Shown in pieces: positions 41,651 to 56,380 of a stretch of DNA of 64,000 bases (its first letter is position 1; each line of letters begins with the position of its first letter). The notes beneath the pieces are model-generated. The model did no database searches and was not told where the DNA came from. It saw nothing but the letters and a program-made list of their open reading frames with translations. The stretch spans positions 47,988,001-48,052,000 of the forward strand of contig OX597827.1 of the NCBI GenBank assembly GCA_951406725.2, written 5' to 3'. Both the position numbers and the translations under genes were made by a program. Origin of the DNA: Octopus vulgaris. Lineage: Eukaryota.

Positions 41651-43654
41651 TATAATCAAATTAAATGAACCCGAGGTGCATTTATATGGGCTTGTAAACT
41701 TCAGTGGAATCAACCGCTTTGAAATCCAGTCTATAATGATGCGCGTTCATTGAAATTATGGAACATTAACGTCGAAACTTATAAAAAATCTTTAACTTTC
41801 TGAATTTGTTTCACGCCCCATGCTTTTAGATCTTCACAGTAAAAGCATGATAATCTTCCCGCATAATCAGTCACCTAACCATAGATGTTACCCATCGTGA
41901 ACTAAAAACATCCGAAATTCCAGTTATTTCGGCAGTAGTTTTTGTTTAATTTGTAAATGATTTTTATTACACAGGTACAAAAAAAATTTGAAATGATGTA
42001 TCTCATAGATTTCAGGTACCACATTAACACAAAAGAAATGCCAAATAATAACTTCTGGAAAAGTTTTTGAATTACACATGGCAGCTCTAGCATTTCGTCG
42101 ATGCGTAATATTCTCAATGTCAGAACAAATTACAATCACATTTTATATAAAAAATTATATATCCTTTAACATAGCATTAACAATATTCGTTATAACGAAG
42201 TATAGATTGTTTCTGCTATTATAGCTTTTAATTCTACTAAATAAACATTTTGGAGAACAATCGTCTAGTTCACGTTAGAAATATTAGAAGCACAGATTTC
42301 TTGAAGCTTAATGAAGCCTCATTAATTCTAATACATATTTTTATGAGCTGTGGGAAGCTTTATAGAAAATTTCATTTAATTGGCCAGTCATCAATAGGCT
42401 GCGCAACAAAGATTATAAGAAAAAGCGAAATTCAAACGTTTTGATAAAGAAATTCCATTTTTAATTTAGATTCCTGCTTCGCCCACTGCTTGACAACGGT
42501 TGTTTATTTTTACTAAGCTATAAAGCAATAAACAAATTCTTATTGCTTAGAGTACAATAGTTTTTCATTAATTTTAACAAAAGCTCAAATGAGATTCCTG
42601 TTTCCATTCATGGTAATAAATTAAGTCCGAGATTCAAAATATTTTTTTATAACAACTTACATGTGTCTCACCAAAATATGAATAAAAATTTTTTCGAAGA
42701 AGCTCAAATATGATTAAAGTGGTCAAATACGAAAGGGAATGTGACCGTGTAATCGGAAAAAAATCATGTGTACGATGTACTTATTATCAACGAAAATTCA
42801 AAGTCTCCGATCCATAGCATTACAGTTGTAATACCAATGCACCCGCTAGTTGACGAGTCGTTTTAAATTCTGTTTTCTTTTCAGGTAAACTGCATATTTT
42901 TACAATGAAATAATCCAAGTTCTCTTTTACACAGTCAATCTATCACATTTATTTTTAAAGATAATTTTATGCTTGCTCATTATTCTAGCAACTGGACATT
43001 ACATTAAAACTTTTTTAATCATGAAATATTCTTCCACTGCTATTGAAGACATATTTTGCAACAAGTTACCATTTTCAGCATTGAACTTTAACTTTAATAC
43101 TTTATTGGATAACTAATCACTCCTACTCGTACGACTTTTCACTCTGAGTGTTTAATTATACAATATTAATGTATATGGCAGAATTCGAAGCAATGATAGT
43201 TTGCGTCTGTGAATATGATTTTTGGAATATTAGTGGTCTATATGTTGTAAGAAGGGTATTTATACTATTGCGCTGGGGTGAAAACTGCAGGAAAACTTTC
43301 AGTGGACGTTTTATTTTGGCCGCAGAGAGAGAGAGAGAGAGAGAGAGAGTAAGAAAGAGAGCGAAAGAGGGGAGGGGCAGGGAGAAAGAAAGAGAGTGAT
43401 AGGAACGGTTTAACAAGATGGCTGAAACGTCAGTATGGCAAAGGAGTAGAAAGGTAGCTATACTCGGACTTTAAGCAAGCGAACAACAAAAGAACAGCTG
43501 AAAGGGGAGTATAATAACTAATAAGCAGGACAAAGAGGCAGACATGTGTATAAGTACAAAATCAGTCAATGAAAATCGAGTTACAAAGACGGTTTTCCAT
43601 GTCGTGCATACACCCGAGCGTGGGTATCAAGTTAGCCTAAATATTATCAGACGG

Positions 43655-44515
43655 AGAATATTTAGAATGTCTCAGAAATCTACATTGTGCCACAAATAGA
43701 TTCGATTTGGAGAATCCATGTCAGTTTCTTCTGCTCTCCGTTCGAAAACTGTAGCAATTCTAGGTTTTTTGTGAAAATTAGTAGGTACATAGATTAAAGT
43801 ACCTATGAATGGTATGATGGTAAGTACAAATAAGAAATTATAGTTAGAATACGGCTGAAATTGTTCCCCGTCCCACAGAACAGCATTAGCCCTGTTATCT
43901 TTGCACTGAATTGCTCCCTTTATTGAAGTCTACCACGACTATCCATTGTTTTTCCTTTTTTTCGAAAGATAAATACATGCTGGTTCTGACTTGTTTTTGA
44001 TGCCAGAGCAATCTGTCTTGTGGATAGCATTGTAAATAGTCTCTTTGCTACTCTGTCATGCCTCGGTGACCGATAGTATCACGTAGACATTTTGAGGCAG
44101 CTGCTAACGATGTGAGTGATACTTTATACATTGGTACAGCAGAGCTGACATTTTCTATCTCTTAGTCTCTCTTTTTTATCAGGTATTCACTAGCTATCAT
44201 CTGTTCCTGGATAGTGAAGGTATATCACTCTGGTGGGAGATAATGAATCTATCACAGGATCAGTAAATGCTACTCTTCCTTTTTATACTGTTGTTATCCT
44301 CTAGGTTACGGGATATGTACCCAGGTATTGATTTTTATTGTATTATGGTCGCTTTTCTTTATGTAGACACGGCCAGTCACCTTTGGGTGTATAAGGAGGT
44401 TGCATTCTCGGAGGACCTGCACAGGAAATGCTCTCTAAATATGAAGACGTTCTCACTTTTGAGTATCATGGAATGTACTCATTTCTTCCTTTAGTGTTGA
44501 GCAGGTGTATTGCCT
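43655..44515 (-). pseudogene. Decayed RLE-type non-LTR retrotransposon 3' part
   Basis: Minus-strand translation fragments TIQEQMIASEYL, RKCQLC..SITHIVSSC, RHDRVAK and KDNRANAVLWD (RPD region), in the expected order. Confidence 0.7.
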
Positions 44516-45730
44516 ATGCATGTATGTATGTATGTATGTATGTATGGATGGATGGATGGATGGATGGATGGATGGATGGATGGATATATGACTGGCGTTT
44601 GTAGCACGTACAAATACCCAGCTTTATTAGTTATATTCAACCTATAGTTTTGGTCTGAGTTTTAAGAAAATATCAAACATTAGTATTCTATGGCCTAAAT
44701 GTAAATTTTCATACTGAAAAAAAAAATAAATAAACACCAAAGCACAGTCCTAATTTTGATTTAATTTTACACTGCAAACCTGAAACTATTTTGTAAATGT
44801 CTTATTCTTGGAAGAATAGAATTAATCGATTGATTGATTTATCACTTACGTGGGAAAGAAAAGTGTAAATTATAGTCGAGTATAGCGCAACAGTTGCAGA
44901 AGTATCACAAAAGCGTTTCATTCTGTCACTTTGATTTATAATCTCGATGTGCCTTTCGACCTTATATGTTGGATATTCAGATTTGTGTATAAGATTCAAG
45001 ACTATGCAAGTCTTTGGAAAGTAGCATTTGCTTTTTCTGCACATAACGTTCTCATAGTTTTTTTTTTGTTTTTTTTTCGTTTTTTTAATAAATGCAGTTT
45101 TAAAACGAATTAGTAGTTGATAAACTCATTTCAAAATTTATTTGCCGTTTAATTTTTTTGCTTTAAATCAAATGTCAAGCGGGATCTAGCAAACATTCAA
45201 TCACAGTCGTTGCAGCTGTGACAAGCCTGACGTTCCGGTGGAAATCTAGAACTATATTAACCGAATTTGTGATTCGAATTTTCTAGTTTGCGTAGGTGGA
45301 ATATTAGAGAGTTATGATCAAGAGGTCTAACAGATATAGTGGATGCGGAGAGATTACATTGATGTATTAGTGAGTATCAAAAACTACATCATTTCATATA
45401 CAATATTAATACCCTAAAACTTATATTTCATGAGTATCCCACTCGAAACTCAATTTCTAAGACTGTACTGTAATTAAATGATGTAGTTCATTCCGGCTGG
45501 TCTACCGACAACAGTTCAGTAGCGTTACTTAATTTTAGGGTAACAGCAAAGACGTCTTGAGTTCACCTTGAATGTTAACGTACTAAAAATATAATTCAAT
45601 GTAAAATTTCTGCTGATTTTAGAAAAGGTACCTACTAGTATTTCCATGTCATCAAAACAATCATCTTTTATAATTAGTTGTGGACGATGATTTTCAGGGA
45701 AGAAAAGCAATTGCATTCTAGTTTGTGTGC

Positions 45731-45774
<44 letters not shown>

Positions 45775-45863
45775 ATAAGCATAACAAATGCGCAACCGGT
45801 AAAAAGAACTTTCACCTAATTAAATTACTTAAATTACTTCAATTATTTGTCAGCATTTTCTTC

Positions 45864-45914
<51 letters not shown>

Positions 45915-45970
45915 GTGTGTGTATGCGTGTATATGTATATATGTATGTTATCTATCTATCTATATATATA

Positions 45971-46009
<39 letters not shown>

Positions 46010-46020
<11 letters not shown>

Positions 46021-46305
46021 CCCCAATACTTTTTCAATCTAGTAGGTATTCTAACGGTTCTCTTTACTGAAACACTTAGTTAATTAACGTAAACAAACCG
46101 ACACATGTTTTGAAGCGCTGTTGGAGGAAAATCATACCAAGACACAACCTATATTTATAGATACGAAAGAATTCTTTCAGTTTCCGGCTACAAAATTCAT
46201 TCACATGCTTTAGTCGTCCGGGGGCTATGGTAGCGGACACTTGCCCAAGATATCAACGAAATTAAACCGTGGACCATGTAGGTTGGGAAGCGACCCAGTC
46301 AGGCC
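46010..46305 (-). mobile_element. Degenerate composite A+B SINE
   Basis: ttctttcagtttccg...gacacttgcccaag...accatgtaggttgggaagc. Confidence 0.65.
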
Positions 46306-46887
46306 TTTATATATATATTACCTTACAATATTTCTGGTTAGTCTTCTCTCTGTTGTTCTATTAAGTTATTGATTATATAAAAATTCAACTACAGAATGAC
46401 ATAAACATTTCGGAAGTAAGTTTCCGTATTGTATAAATGCTTTCGCCCTTCTCGGTTTTGCAGACACACATATTATGGGGAAAATGGATAATCTGCTTGG
46501 AAAATGTTGCTTTATGTAGCAATGTTCATGACTTCTGATTGGGAATTGTCACGATGTAATTATACTTTTGACTTTCATTGTTGATTGTTTTATTCTCTTA
46601 CTTAGAAGAACAGGAATATCTTTAATTCTCCATTTGTACAAATTTCTACATGAAAAGTTTAAATATCTACACATAACATGCAGATACATACACGCAAATA
46701 CAAGCATATATGTACAGATGTGTATGGGTGTGTATGTGTGCTGTCATGTGTGTAGAGAGAGAGAGGAAGGGAGGGAGGGAGGGAGAGAGACAGATGTGCA
46801 TGTACAAATACATATATGAAAATTTATATATATATAAATATCTATGTATCTCTATGTGTGTATGTGTTTTTCCCGCGCGTATCTCTG

Positions 46888-46940
<53 letters not shown>

Positions 46941-47191
46941 GTCTGTCTGTATTTAATGTACACTTAGCAGAGTAACTCGGAAATGATGTGTTTTCGTAAT
47001 CAACCTTTTTAGTTATATTATCATAAATGCCCAAACAAAAATATTTCAGTCATTAAATTACGTAACCCGCATGCCTGTCTCCTCCCTATTGAAGAACACG
47101 TTATTGGCAGTAGAATTTTCTGTACAGGAAATCTTATGATATTTTGTTTATTGAAAACAGATGGCAATGTATCAATATTTGCAGTGCTATT

Positions 47192-47425
47192 AGGGCGGCG
47201 AGCTTGCAGAAACGTTAGCACACCGGGTGAAATGCTTAGCAGTATTTCGTCTGCCGCTACGTTCTGAGTTCAAATTCTGCCGAGGCCCACTTTACCTGTC
47301 ATCCTTTCGGGGTCGATAAATTCAGTACCAGTTACGCACTGGGGTCGATGTAATCGACTTAATCCGTTTGTCTGTCCTTGTTTGTCCCATCTATGTTTAA
47401 CCCCTTGTGGGTAGTAAAGAAATAA
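47192..47425 (+). mobile_element. tRNA-derived SINE (family E)
   Basis: ggcggcgagcttgcagaaacgttagc...gagttcaaattc...catcctttcggggtcgataaa...ggggtcgatgtaatcgact. Other copies at 48320-48568, 52654-52866 and degenerate minus-strand copies at ~5270-5660. Confidence 0.85.
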
Positions 47426-47646
47426 AGAAACAGAGACCGCTATCAATTATTTACTATGTGTTCTATATTTATTGGCATGTTAGCATTGATACATTCAAGG
47501 TACGTGGGTTCAAATCTCTAAAAAGAAATATTTATGTGGATTAGAAAAATAAACAAAAACTATTAATTGAAATTAATGTAATTTGGGGCTTGTGGTTAAA
47601 GTTCGGTGGAATGTGTAAAATTGATAAACTTATTGGAAGTGCAATA

Positions 47647-47862
47647 CGATGGGTGCTGAAAAGTTCCTGGCTTTAAGGGTATCAGGAATGGCCTGGTTTC
47701 AGGCCTAAATTTATGTGTCCTTTTACAGGGCTTGCAAAAACTGAAGGATCGCTGCAATAAGCGAGCAAATCTGGGAGGAGGAATACGTGCTATAATATTA
47801 TAATGAATTGATCCTCTTGTATCTCCTTTCACGCAAAGACAGGAACTTTTCAACACCCCACG
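47647..47862 (+). mobile_element. Mariner internal-deletion derivative (MITE, ~215 bp)
   Basis: TIRs gggtgctgaaaagttcctggcttt / aaagacaggaacttttcaacaccc; the interior retains the transposase C-terminus GLQKLKDRCNK...EYV. Confidence 0.8.
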
Positions 47863-48265
47863 TCGGTGTGATTGGATATTAGGAGAATGTTAAAGAGCAG
47901 ACGGTTTAGATTTTGTAAGCGTTTTAGTCCTGATTTCAGCTGCTATTGTACACTAGGGAAAATAATTGTCTTGAAAAACTCTTTGAAAATGTACAACAAC
48001 TAAAGACAAAAAAATTTGCGAAAGCTAAAATTGTTTTCACAATTTAGAGTTCAAAAAATCTGAAAGCGATTCTCTCTATATTCAGACCATAGTAATTGAT
48101 TATTATCTGAAAGATTATTCATAAAGAACGACTTTCTTGATAGCCTGGCTTTTTGTGAACGAAAATTCCGAAAGAGCTATTGTTAACTTACATGAACACG
48201 GAAAGACTATCGATCTGTTTTCATTATACACATGTAAGAGAATGTGAGGATGTGGTTGCAAGTAT

Positions 48266-48309
<44 letters not shown>

Positions 48310-48689
48310 TATTACAAACGTGGCAAGCTGGGCGAATAGTTTGCATACCGAGCCAAATGCTTAGCGGTATTTCGTCCTTTCGTAGTAGAAAGGATTATTG
48401 TGGCTTTCCGTCTGTCTCTACCTTCTCAGTTCAAATTCCGCCAATGTTGATTTTGCCTTTCATACTTTCGGGGTCGGTAAATTAAGTAGCAGAGAAACAC
48501 TAGGATCCATGAAATCTACTAGTCCCTTCTCCCCAAATTTCAGGCTTTGTTCCTAAAATTGAAAGAATTATTATTATTATTATTATTAATATTGTTGCTG
48601 TTGGTGTTGTTATCATCATCGTAATTATTATTAAGCTAGTAAATGAAAATTGAATTAGCAAGCATGCTATCTTGATGTTTAGTGATAAC

Positions 48690-49090
48690 AAGTCCTTTCA
48701 AATCTCACAAGAACTGTTGTTTTGGCAGAATATAGGAAGGCATTTCTTTCCAGCTCGACAACGTGAGTCTCAATTCCAATTTCTCCCACACTCTTTGATA
48801 CCATTTTGGGTGTTGAATACACCAATAACCGCAGAAATAATGGTTGTTTTAGTCTTGTACAGTCTCATCAGCTCTTGTGACTAGATCCTTATATTTCTCT
48901 ATTTTGACAATTTCTTCGGTACCGCCTCTGTTATAGGAAATTACACCGTTTATTTTGTTCTCTCCTTTCCAGCAAATCCTACAGTTGCGGTCTCATTGAC
49001 GTTTGTAGATTTGCCTTTGATAGACTCATCCTATTTGCTGATTCCCCAGCGGCCATATTTAGCCTAAGAGAAATCATCAGCTATCCTCGT
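48690..49090 (-). pseudogene. Decayed R4/Dong-like RLE C-terminal fragment
   Basis: Minus-strand NCRIC..., KIEKYKDL, ELMRLYKTKTTIISAVIG, EIGIETHVVELE; flanked by (TTA)n-like tracts. Confidence 0.7.
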
Positions 49091-49093
49091 CAA

Positions 49094-49127
<34 letters not shown>

Positions 49128-49130
<3 letters not shown>

Positions 49131-49683
49131 TGAGAGAGCAGTGCATGCCAACCAAATGACACTGGGGTAAAATATATGAAGCCCAGTATACCCATCATGA
49201 CTACCCGTCTGATAAGGGTACACTAGGCACATGCATCATAACCATATGTGCGCGATATGGTGATCTCATATCAAGATAAACAGCACATGACCTTGCAGGT
49301 GGGGCCCAGTTAGAATTTTGTTCTGGTCGAGTAGCCCATCCCGCTCAAAAGATCCCTGAATAAGGGTTGTTTAAGGATGTTGAACGAAACACCCCTCTTT
49401 CCAAAGGTGAATTATTCAAACCCCAAAGAATCCCTCTCAACACATGGCTATGATGCTCCCCCACTACTTCTGCTCGTGATCAGAGATGCGCATATCGTCA
49501 GCCACTAAGGGACATGTTTAACTGGTTATGGTCAAACAACTGACTAGCAAATAGGTGGTATTGAGCAGAATATTTGCTGTAGCACATCTTTAATACCAAA
49601 ACAAAACAACGTACATGATAACACTTGCAATCAGTTAAGATCAGAAGCCATGAGAGCCACTGCCTCGTACTGCATCAGGGCAT
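49128..49683 (-). mobile_element. (TAA)n-inserted 550-bp element, copy 2
   Basis: Same ends as 16088-16640. Confidence 0.85.
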
Positions 49684-49833
49684 TATTATTATTATTGTTA
49701 TTATTATTATTATTATTATTGATATTATTATTATTATCGTTATTATTATTATACTTGTTAGAGTGCTCGATCATGTTTGCTTTGGTAGATTCTGTGAGAG
49801 TGGACAGAATTCTGCTGTCAGAGGTCTCACAGG

Positions 49834-49881
<48 letters not shown>

Positions 49882-49971
49882 TTATAATCATCATCATTAT
49901 TATTATTTTATAATCATCATCATTATTATTATTTTATAATCATCATCATTATTATTATTTTATAATCATCA

Positions 49972-50007
<36 letters not shown>

Positions 50008-50245
50008 GTAGTAGTAGTAGTAGTAGTATTTGGTAAGAGATACAGATGTTATGGGATTCGTTACATATTAAGCACACACGTACGCGCAAACACACACATA
50101 CACACACACCCAACCTACTCTGTGACTTTGCGTTTGTGAAGATTTCCTTATTCCCGTAGGTGTCATTAACGTGTCTATGTTTATATATATTTATACATAC
50201 ATACATACAAACATACATACATACATACATACATACATACATACA

Positions 50246-50280
<35 letters not shown>

Positions 50281-51052
50281 GTTAGTATGCCAGTGCGTCT
50301 TATGCGTTGTAAATGCGTGGGTTTAACGTAACTGTCTCCCGCCCACGTTTTTCTATGCATGTGCGTGTGAGCTCTGATGCGTGTTTTTGCGCACGCGCTT
50401 TTTGCTGTTTGTTTCTGTATACGTGGGCTTCATGTGTATAATAACCACCATTATTGATTACTCGTAGCACACAGAAAATTAATTAACTTGTCTCGATAAT
50501 AAACGTTAATTGACAAAATGTTGTTTAATTTTACTAGCTTCAACCGAAAAGTGCGTAATTGCAATATTTAGTACTTTGAGTTACCTTCTAATCTATAATG
50601 TACTACAAATGCTTAAACAAACACAAGTTATTAATAGAAACTGGGAAGACAAATATAAAAATAACTTTCATAGCGAAGTGTTTTATCGTAAAGAAATAAA
50701 TTATTGCTTTTGGTAAAACTAGAAGAGATAAGTTGATCCCGCATATATCAGCTCGCCTCAAAATAAATGTCAAAGCATATGATTTGTGTGTATTTTTTCT
50801 TTCCTTTTCTATTTGCGCTCTATCTTGTTTAGACCGTAGGTGTACTATAATTATGCTATCTTCCTTTGTTTTGCTCGACTCTCTTGTAACAAAAGGAGAG
50901 AAATGATATCATTCTTTATTTTAAGCGAGGCCGCACATGATAAAGATGATGCGTGTCTCTCTGTGTGTGTTTGTGTAAATACTAACACAAATATGTATAA
51001 ATATATATATATGCATACACATATACATACCTATCCATATATACATAACTAT

Positions 51053-51105
<53 letters not shown>

Positions 51106-51130
51106 TGTATATGCATATACATACATACAG

Positions 51131-51259
<129 letters not shown>

Positions 51260-51262
51260 CAT

Positions 51263-51316
<54 letters not shown>

Positions 51317-51321
51317 TATTA

Positions 51322-51672
51322 CGGCATCCGTCGGTTTCAACGACGAGGGTTCTAGCTGATCCAGTCAACGGAACAGCTTGCCCATGAAATTAATGTGCAA
51401 GTGGCTGAGTACTCCATAGACATGTGTACCCTTAACGTATTTTCTCGGGAAGATTCAGCGTGACACGGAGTGTGACAAGGCTGGCCCCTTTGAAATACAG
51501 GTACAATAGAAACAGGAAGAAAGTGTGAGAGAAAGTTGCGGTGAAAGAGTACAGCAGTGATGGCCCCTGCCGGAACCTCGTGGACGTAAAGGTGTTTTCG
51601 TTTAATACGCTTTGTCTGGGAATCGAAATCGCAATCCTACGACCGCGAGTCGCTGCCCTAATACTATATGAG
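51322..51672 (-). mobile_element. SINE family D
   Basis: Similar to 19163-19465. Confidence 0.7.
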
Positions 51673-51683
51673 AAATATATTCA

Positions 51684-51845
51684 GCGCAAGCATGGCTGTG
51701 TGGCAAGAATTCTGCTTCCCAACCGCATTCTTCCGGGTTCATTCCCATTGCGTTGCAACTTGGGCAAATGACTTTTAGTATGGTCCAGGCCGACTCAAAG
51801 CATGGTGAATGAGTTGAGTAGACGGAAACTGAAAGAAGCTTGTCG
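51684..51845 (+). mobile_element. Family A SINE head
   Basis: catggctgtgtggcaagaa...ccgggttcattccca...gtagacggaaactgaaagaagc. Confidence 0.8.
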
Positions 51846-51923
51846 TAAATATACGTACATATATATATATGTTTGTGTGTGTGTGTGCATGTGTGTGTGT
51901 GTGTGCATGTGTGTGTGTGTGTG

Positions 51924-51961
<38 letters not shown>

Positions 51962-51962
<1 letters not shown>

Positions 51963-52560
51963 CGCATAACCTGCAGTTACTTGTTATGTTTCTTTTCATT
52001 ATATGTTTTGGGTAATTTCTGTTGGTAAGGCTCTGATCATGTGCTGCAATTAAAAATCCTTCAGTGCTGGGATTTTTCTGTTTATTTCTTTTGCATTTAT
52101 TTTAGCCCAGTATTTGCCATGAAGGAGCTTTTCTTGCAATCGTTTTATCAAGGTATGTTGCTTTCTAGTTGTAGACTGGATTTCATTTGTTTTATAGCTT
52201 TTGTTGTTGTTTCTTCTTTTTCTTCATAGTTGTTAGGTAGTATGAATTCTTGGTTGTATTTGTCAGCTTCCTTAAAAACCGAAAACAGATTTTTGTTTTG
52301 CTCGTGCTTTGTGGCTATTTGTATTGGTTTTCCTTGCTTCTGAAGTAGGTATTTTTGAAGTCCTATGGTGGCTATTTTATAATAGTTTTGCAGATGTATC
52401 AGGCCTCTACAACCATCTATACGTTGTATATATAGTCTTTCTATGTCAGATTTTGCGGTGTGCATCCTAGATCCTGTCATTGTTTTCCTTGTTTTCCTGT
52501 CTATTTTGGTGATTTAAGGACAACTAATAACAATACAATACCCAGTTAAGGATATTGTAT
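51962..52560 (-). pseudogene. Internal fragment of a second R4/Dong-like LINE subfamily
   Basis: YNILNW..KIDRKTRK, MHTAKSDIERLYIQRIDGCRGL, KIATIGL, LQEKLLHGKY, HDQSLTNRNY..SNCRLC; collinear with the last third of the 1070-aa protein. Confidence 0.85.
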
Positions 52561-52584
52561 TGTTATTATTATTATTATTATTAT

Positions 52585-52636
<52 letters not shown>

Positions 52637-52653
52637 GCTGTTGTTATTGTTAT

Positions 52654-52866
52654 AGGCGATCTGGCAGAGACGTTAGCGAACTGGGCTAAGGGCTTAGCGG
52701 CATTTCATCTGCCCCTTCATTCAGAGTTAAAATTCCGCCGAGGGCGACTTTAACCTTCATCCTTTCAGAGTCAATGAAATCAGTACCAATTAATTACTGG
52801 AGTCCATGTAATCGACTCTCCCCCATTCTCTAAAATTTCAGGCCTTGCATCTGTAATAGAAAGGAT
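52654..52866 (+). mobile_element. SINE family E
   Basis: ggcgatctggcagagacgttagc...catcctttcagagtcaatg. Confidence 0.75.
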
Positions 52867-52994
52867 TATTATCATCATCATCATTATGGTTATTATTATT
52901 ATTATTATTATTATTATCATTAGCATCATTATTATTACCAATCATTATTATTATTATAGTTATTATTATCATTATTATTATTATTATCATTATT

Positions 52995-53500
52995 GAGTGA
53001 GAGAGCAGTGCATGCCATAAAAGTGACACTGGGGTAAAATATACGAAGCCCAATATACCCATCATGACTACTCGTCTGATAAGGGTACACCAGGCACATG
53101 CATCACAACCATATGTGCGCGACATGGTGATCTCATATCAAGATAAACAGCACATGACCTTGCAGGTGGGGCCAAGTTACAATTTTCTTCAGGTTGAGTA
53201 GCCCATCCCGCTCAAAAGATCCCTGAATAAAGGTTGTTTAAGGATGTTGAAAGAACCACCCATGTTTCCAGAGGTGAATTATTCAAACCCCAAAGAATCC
53301 GTCTCAACACATGACTATGATGCTCCCCCACTACTTCTGCTCGTGATCAGAGATGCACATATCGTCAGCCACTAAGGGACATGCTCAACTGGTTAAGGTC
53401 AAACAACTGACAAGCAAATCTGTGGTATTGAGCAGAATATTTGCTGTAGCCCATCTTTTATACAAAGACAAAACAATGTACATGATAACACTTCCAATCA
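52995..53500 (-). mobile_element. (TAA)n-inserted 550-bp element, copy 3 (lacks ~50 bp at the high-coordinate end)
   Basis: Collinear with copies 1 and 2. Confidence 0.85.
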
Positions 53501-53897
53501 TTTTATTATTATTATTATTATTATTATTATCATTATTATTATTATTGTTATCATTATCATTATTATCGTTATTATTATTACCATCCTCATTATTATTATT
53601 GTTATTATTATCATTATTATTATTATTATTATCATTATTATTATTATTATTATCATTATCATCATTATTATTATTGTTATTATTATTATTATTAATATTA
53701 TTATTATTATTATTATGATCATTATTATTATTATTATTATTAATATTATTATTATTATTATGATCATTATTATTATTATTATTATGATCATTATTATTAT
53801 TATTATTATTAATATTATTATTATTATTATGATCATTATTATTATTATTATTATGATCATTATTATTATTATTATTATAATTATTATTATTATTATT
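53501..53897. repeat. (TTA)n microsatellite
   Basis: Direct reading. Confidence 0.95.
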
Positions 53898-56099
53898 AGT
53901 TTCGGGCCTTGGAGTATTCGGTTATCAATAGTATATTTCATATTGCTCTATGTTAATCTTTAATTGTACCGAGGCTCCTTTGAGAGTTAGAAAAAGCTAT
54001 TCTCAGTGTCAGAATATAAAAAAAATATTTCCAAGCCACATGTTTTTTAAACACGTCATATAACAATCTAGAACAGTGACTTTCACATTTTTCTGACAGA
54101 TTATGAGATTCTGTTCACTTGCGAGTGCTAAGAAAATAGTGATTTATACGCAAAGGTTACTGAGAAGATATAATTTCTTGAAATTAATTGAAACAGCTGA
54201 CCTTACTAAATATATTTATGATACAGTAGTTCAAAATTAATTTATATAAAACGATTTGTCACATTGACAGAATTTCAAAATTTATAGGCAAAGATTACAG
54301 TCGATTGAGTTATCCACGGTATACGGCTATTAATTATGTTATTGATTCAAGATGAAAGGAAAATAGAAATAACGTCAAATCTGATAAGGTTTGAGCTAAC
54401 TATTTAGATGGATAATTCACAGTCCGTCTGCGTATATAGTCACTCGTTAAGCAGTTTCTTCAATAGCAACGGTCGAGGGAATGATTTTAATTTAAAATGC
54501 TACAATCCAAGGATTATTGAGTGATAAATTCATTATATTCGTAAATCTATAAAACGGCGGACATCTGCTGAATTATATCATGACAATGTTGTATAAAAAG
54601 TAAGTGTCAATAGCAGAAATATAAGGATGTAGCTATAAAACTCTTACTGTCAGCTTGTTTAAGGTGTATCAGATATCGGTGAGGATATAGTCAAGTGGTT
54701 AAGAATTTCAGCTTCCACTCATGAAATAACTTGGGCAGGTGTCCTAAACCACAGGTCTCGTTTGGCTCGTGGCCCAAACATTACAAAAAATTATATTTGA
54801 AATGTCAAATCAATATCAACGTTCGGAATTAATTCTCTGATTATATGATCAACATAGTTTAAGAGACGATAGCATTGGGACAGATAATTTTATCTTTACT
54901 AAAACTCTCTACCAAAAGACACTGTTGAGTGTAAAATTCTTAAATTTATTTGAAGTTTGCAATTACGTTCATCTTTAATGTTAGTGTATGCACATAGAAA
55001 ACCTAAAAATATGTTTTCTAGTAAACACCAAGTGAGATTTTAAAACCTATTGAGATGATTTCATCAGTGTTGTTTTGCTCTCTCATAGCATTGTAGACCA
55101 AATCATAACCGCGCGTACAGCATAATATCTTTGGTAGTCTTGATGTAGGACATCATTTAGTTTGCCGCTCTTTCATAATATTTGTAACGGAAAATAAAGC
55201 ATGTTCTTTTTAGCCGATGCTAGCTCTTATGCCATTACCACTGAGCCACCAACTTTATTAAAATATCATTTGATGACGATTTTATATCAGAATTATGAGC
55301 AACCAATTATACAACATCCACATTTCGGCACGTATCACGTGTCGCAACAATCTATTCAGAAGCGTGTCATAACTACCGCAATGGGCTTGTTATTATTTTA
55401 CGTCAACGATTGTGTGTGTTGGTGTCATAAAATTACAACAGATTAGTAATTCTTGTCAGTACACTTTGAATTTGCTGACAGTTTTATGGCGCGTGATTTC
55501 TTTAAGCAACAATTGCGTTTATTTCAGCATAGTAGCGGTTGTAAGGAATCTTACGACACAAATATGGGAATTGTTTCACAATTATTGTCTGATTCATAGT
55601 CATAATGGTCAGAGATTTGTATTCTAATACTCAGGATTTATATTGGTACAAGGTAGAGAACTAACACCACAGAGTCAAACATTGTGTGAATTTTCTGGAT
55701 ATGTTCTTGGGAATTAGTTACTAGGGTCGAGCCATCAGCAAATGGAATTTCGTGCATTCAGATATTGTACGCTATCTTTAGGATCCTAATATGGATATTT
55801 TCAACAACCAACATCTTCTCGTGTGAAAATATACACTAAGAGAATGTTGGAAGGTTATAGTCGTCGAAGATTAGCCCTTTCAAAATGGTACATGACGAAA
55901 GACAATCACAGAACGTACAAAATTAGTGTTGTATTCTTTTAACTAGAGGGTGGGAAGGTAGGAATAGTGTCATTTGCTTTCATGGGACCTCCAAATCTAG
56001 TAAGATGGATACGGATTGATTTCTTCTGGAAAATAGGTAACTAACAAATGTGTTACAGCAGCAAACAAAAAGTGAGTTCCAGAGACCTGGCTTTGTAGC

Positions 56100-56380
56100 A
56101 AGAAACTATTAGGTATGGTGTTTAACACAAGAATAGAACGACGAGGTGTGGACTCAAATAGTGTGATGAGAAAAAAAGCTGAGTGGGTCGGAAATGCCTA
56201 AGAAGGAATAACAAACCAAGCGACACCGTGTATCAGAGGAGATTATAGAAGTTATAGAATAAGTAGAGAGTGGAGATATCGCACTGTGGGTAAGAGCATG
56301 GGACGTCTCTGAGCGACAGTAAAGAAATAAGGCGAATGGTATTTTTATGGACGTCGTCCGGATGGCACATTTCAAATAGC
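56100..56380 (+). pseudogene. Possible ancient RTE-like LINE 3' remnant
   Basis: Weak: EWVGN (W-x-GH-like) and GKSMGRL (GxRxRGRP-like) at plausible spacing. Confidence 0.25.
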
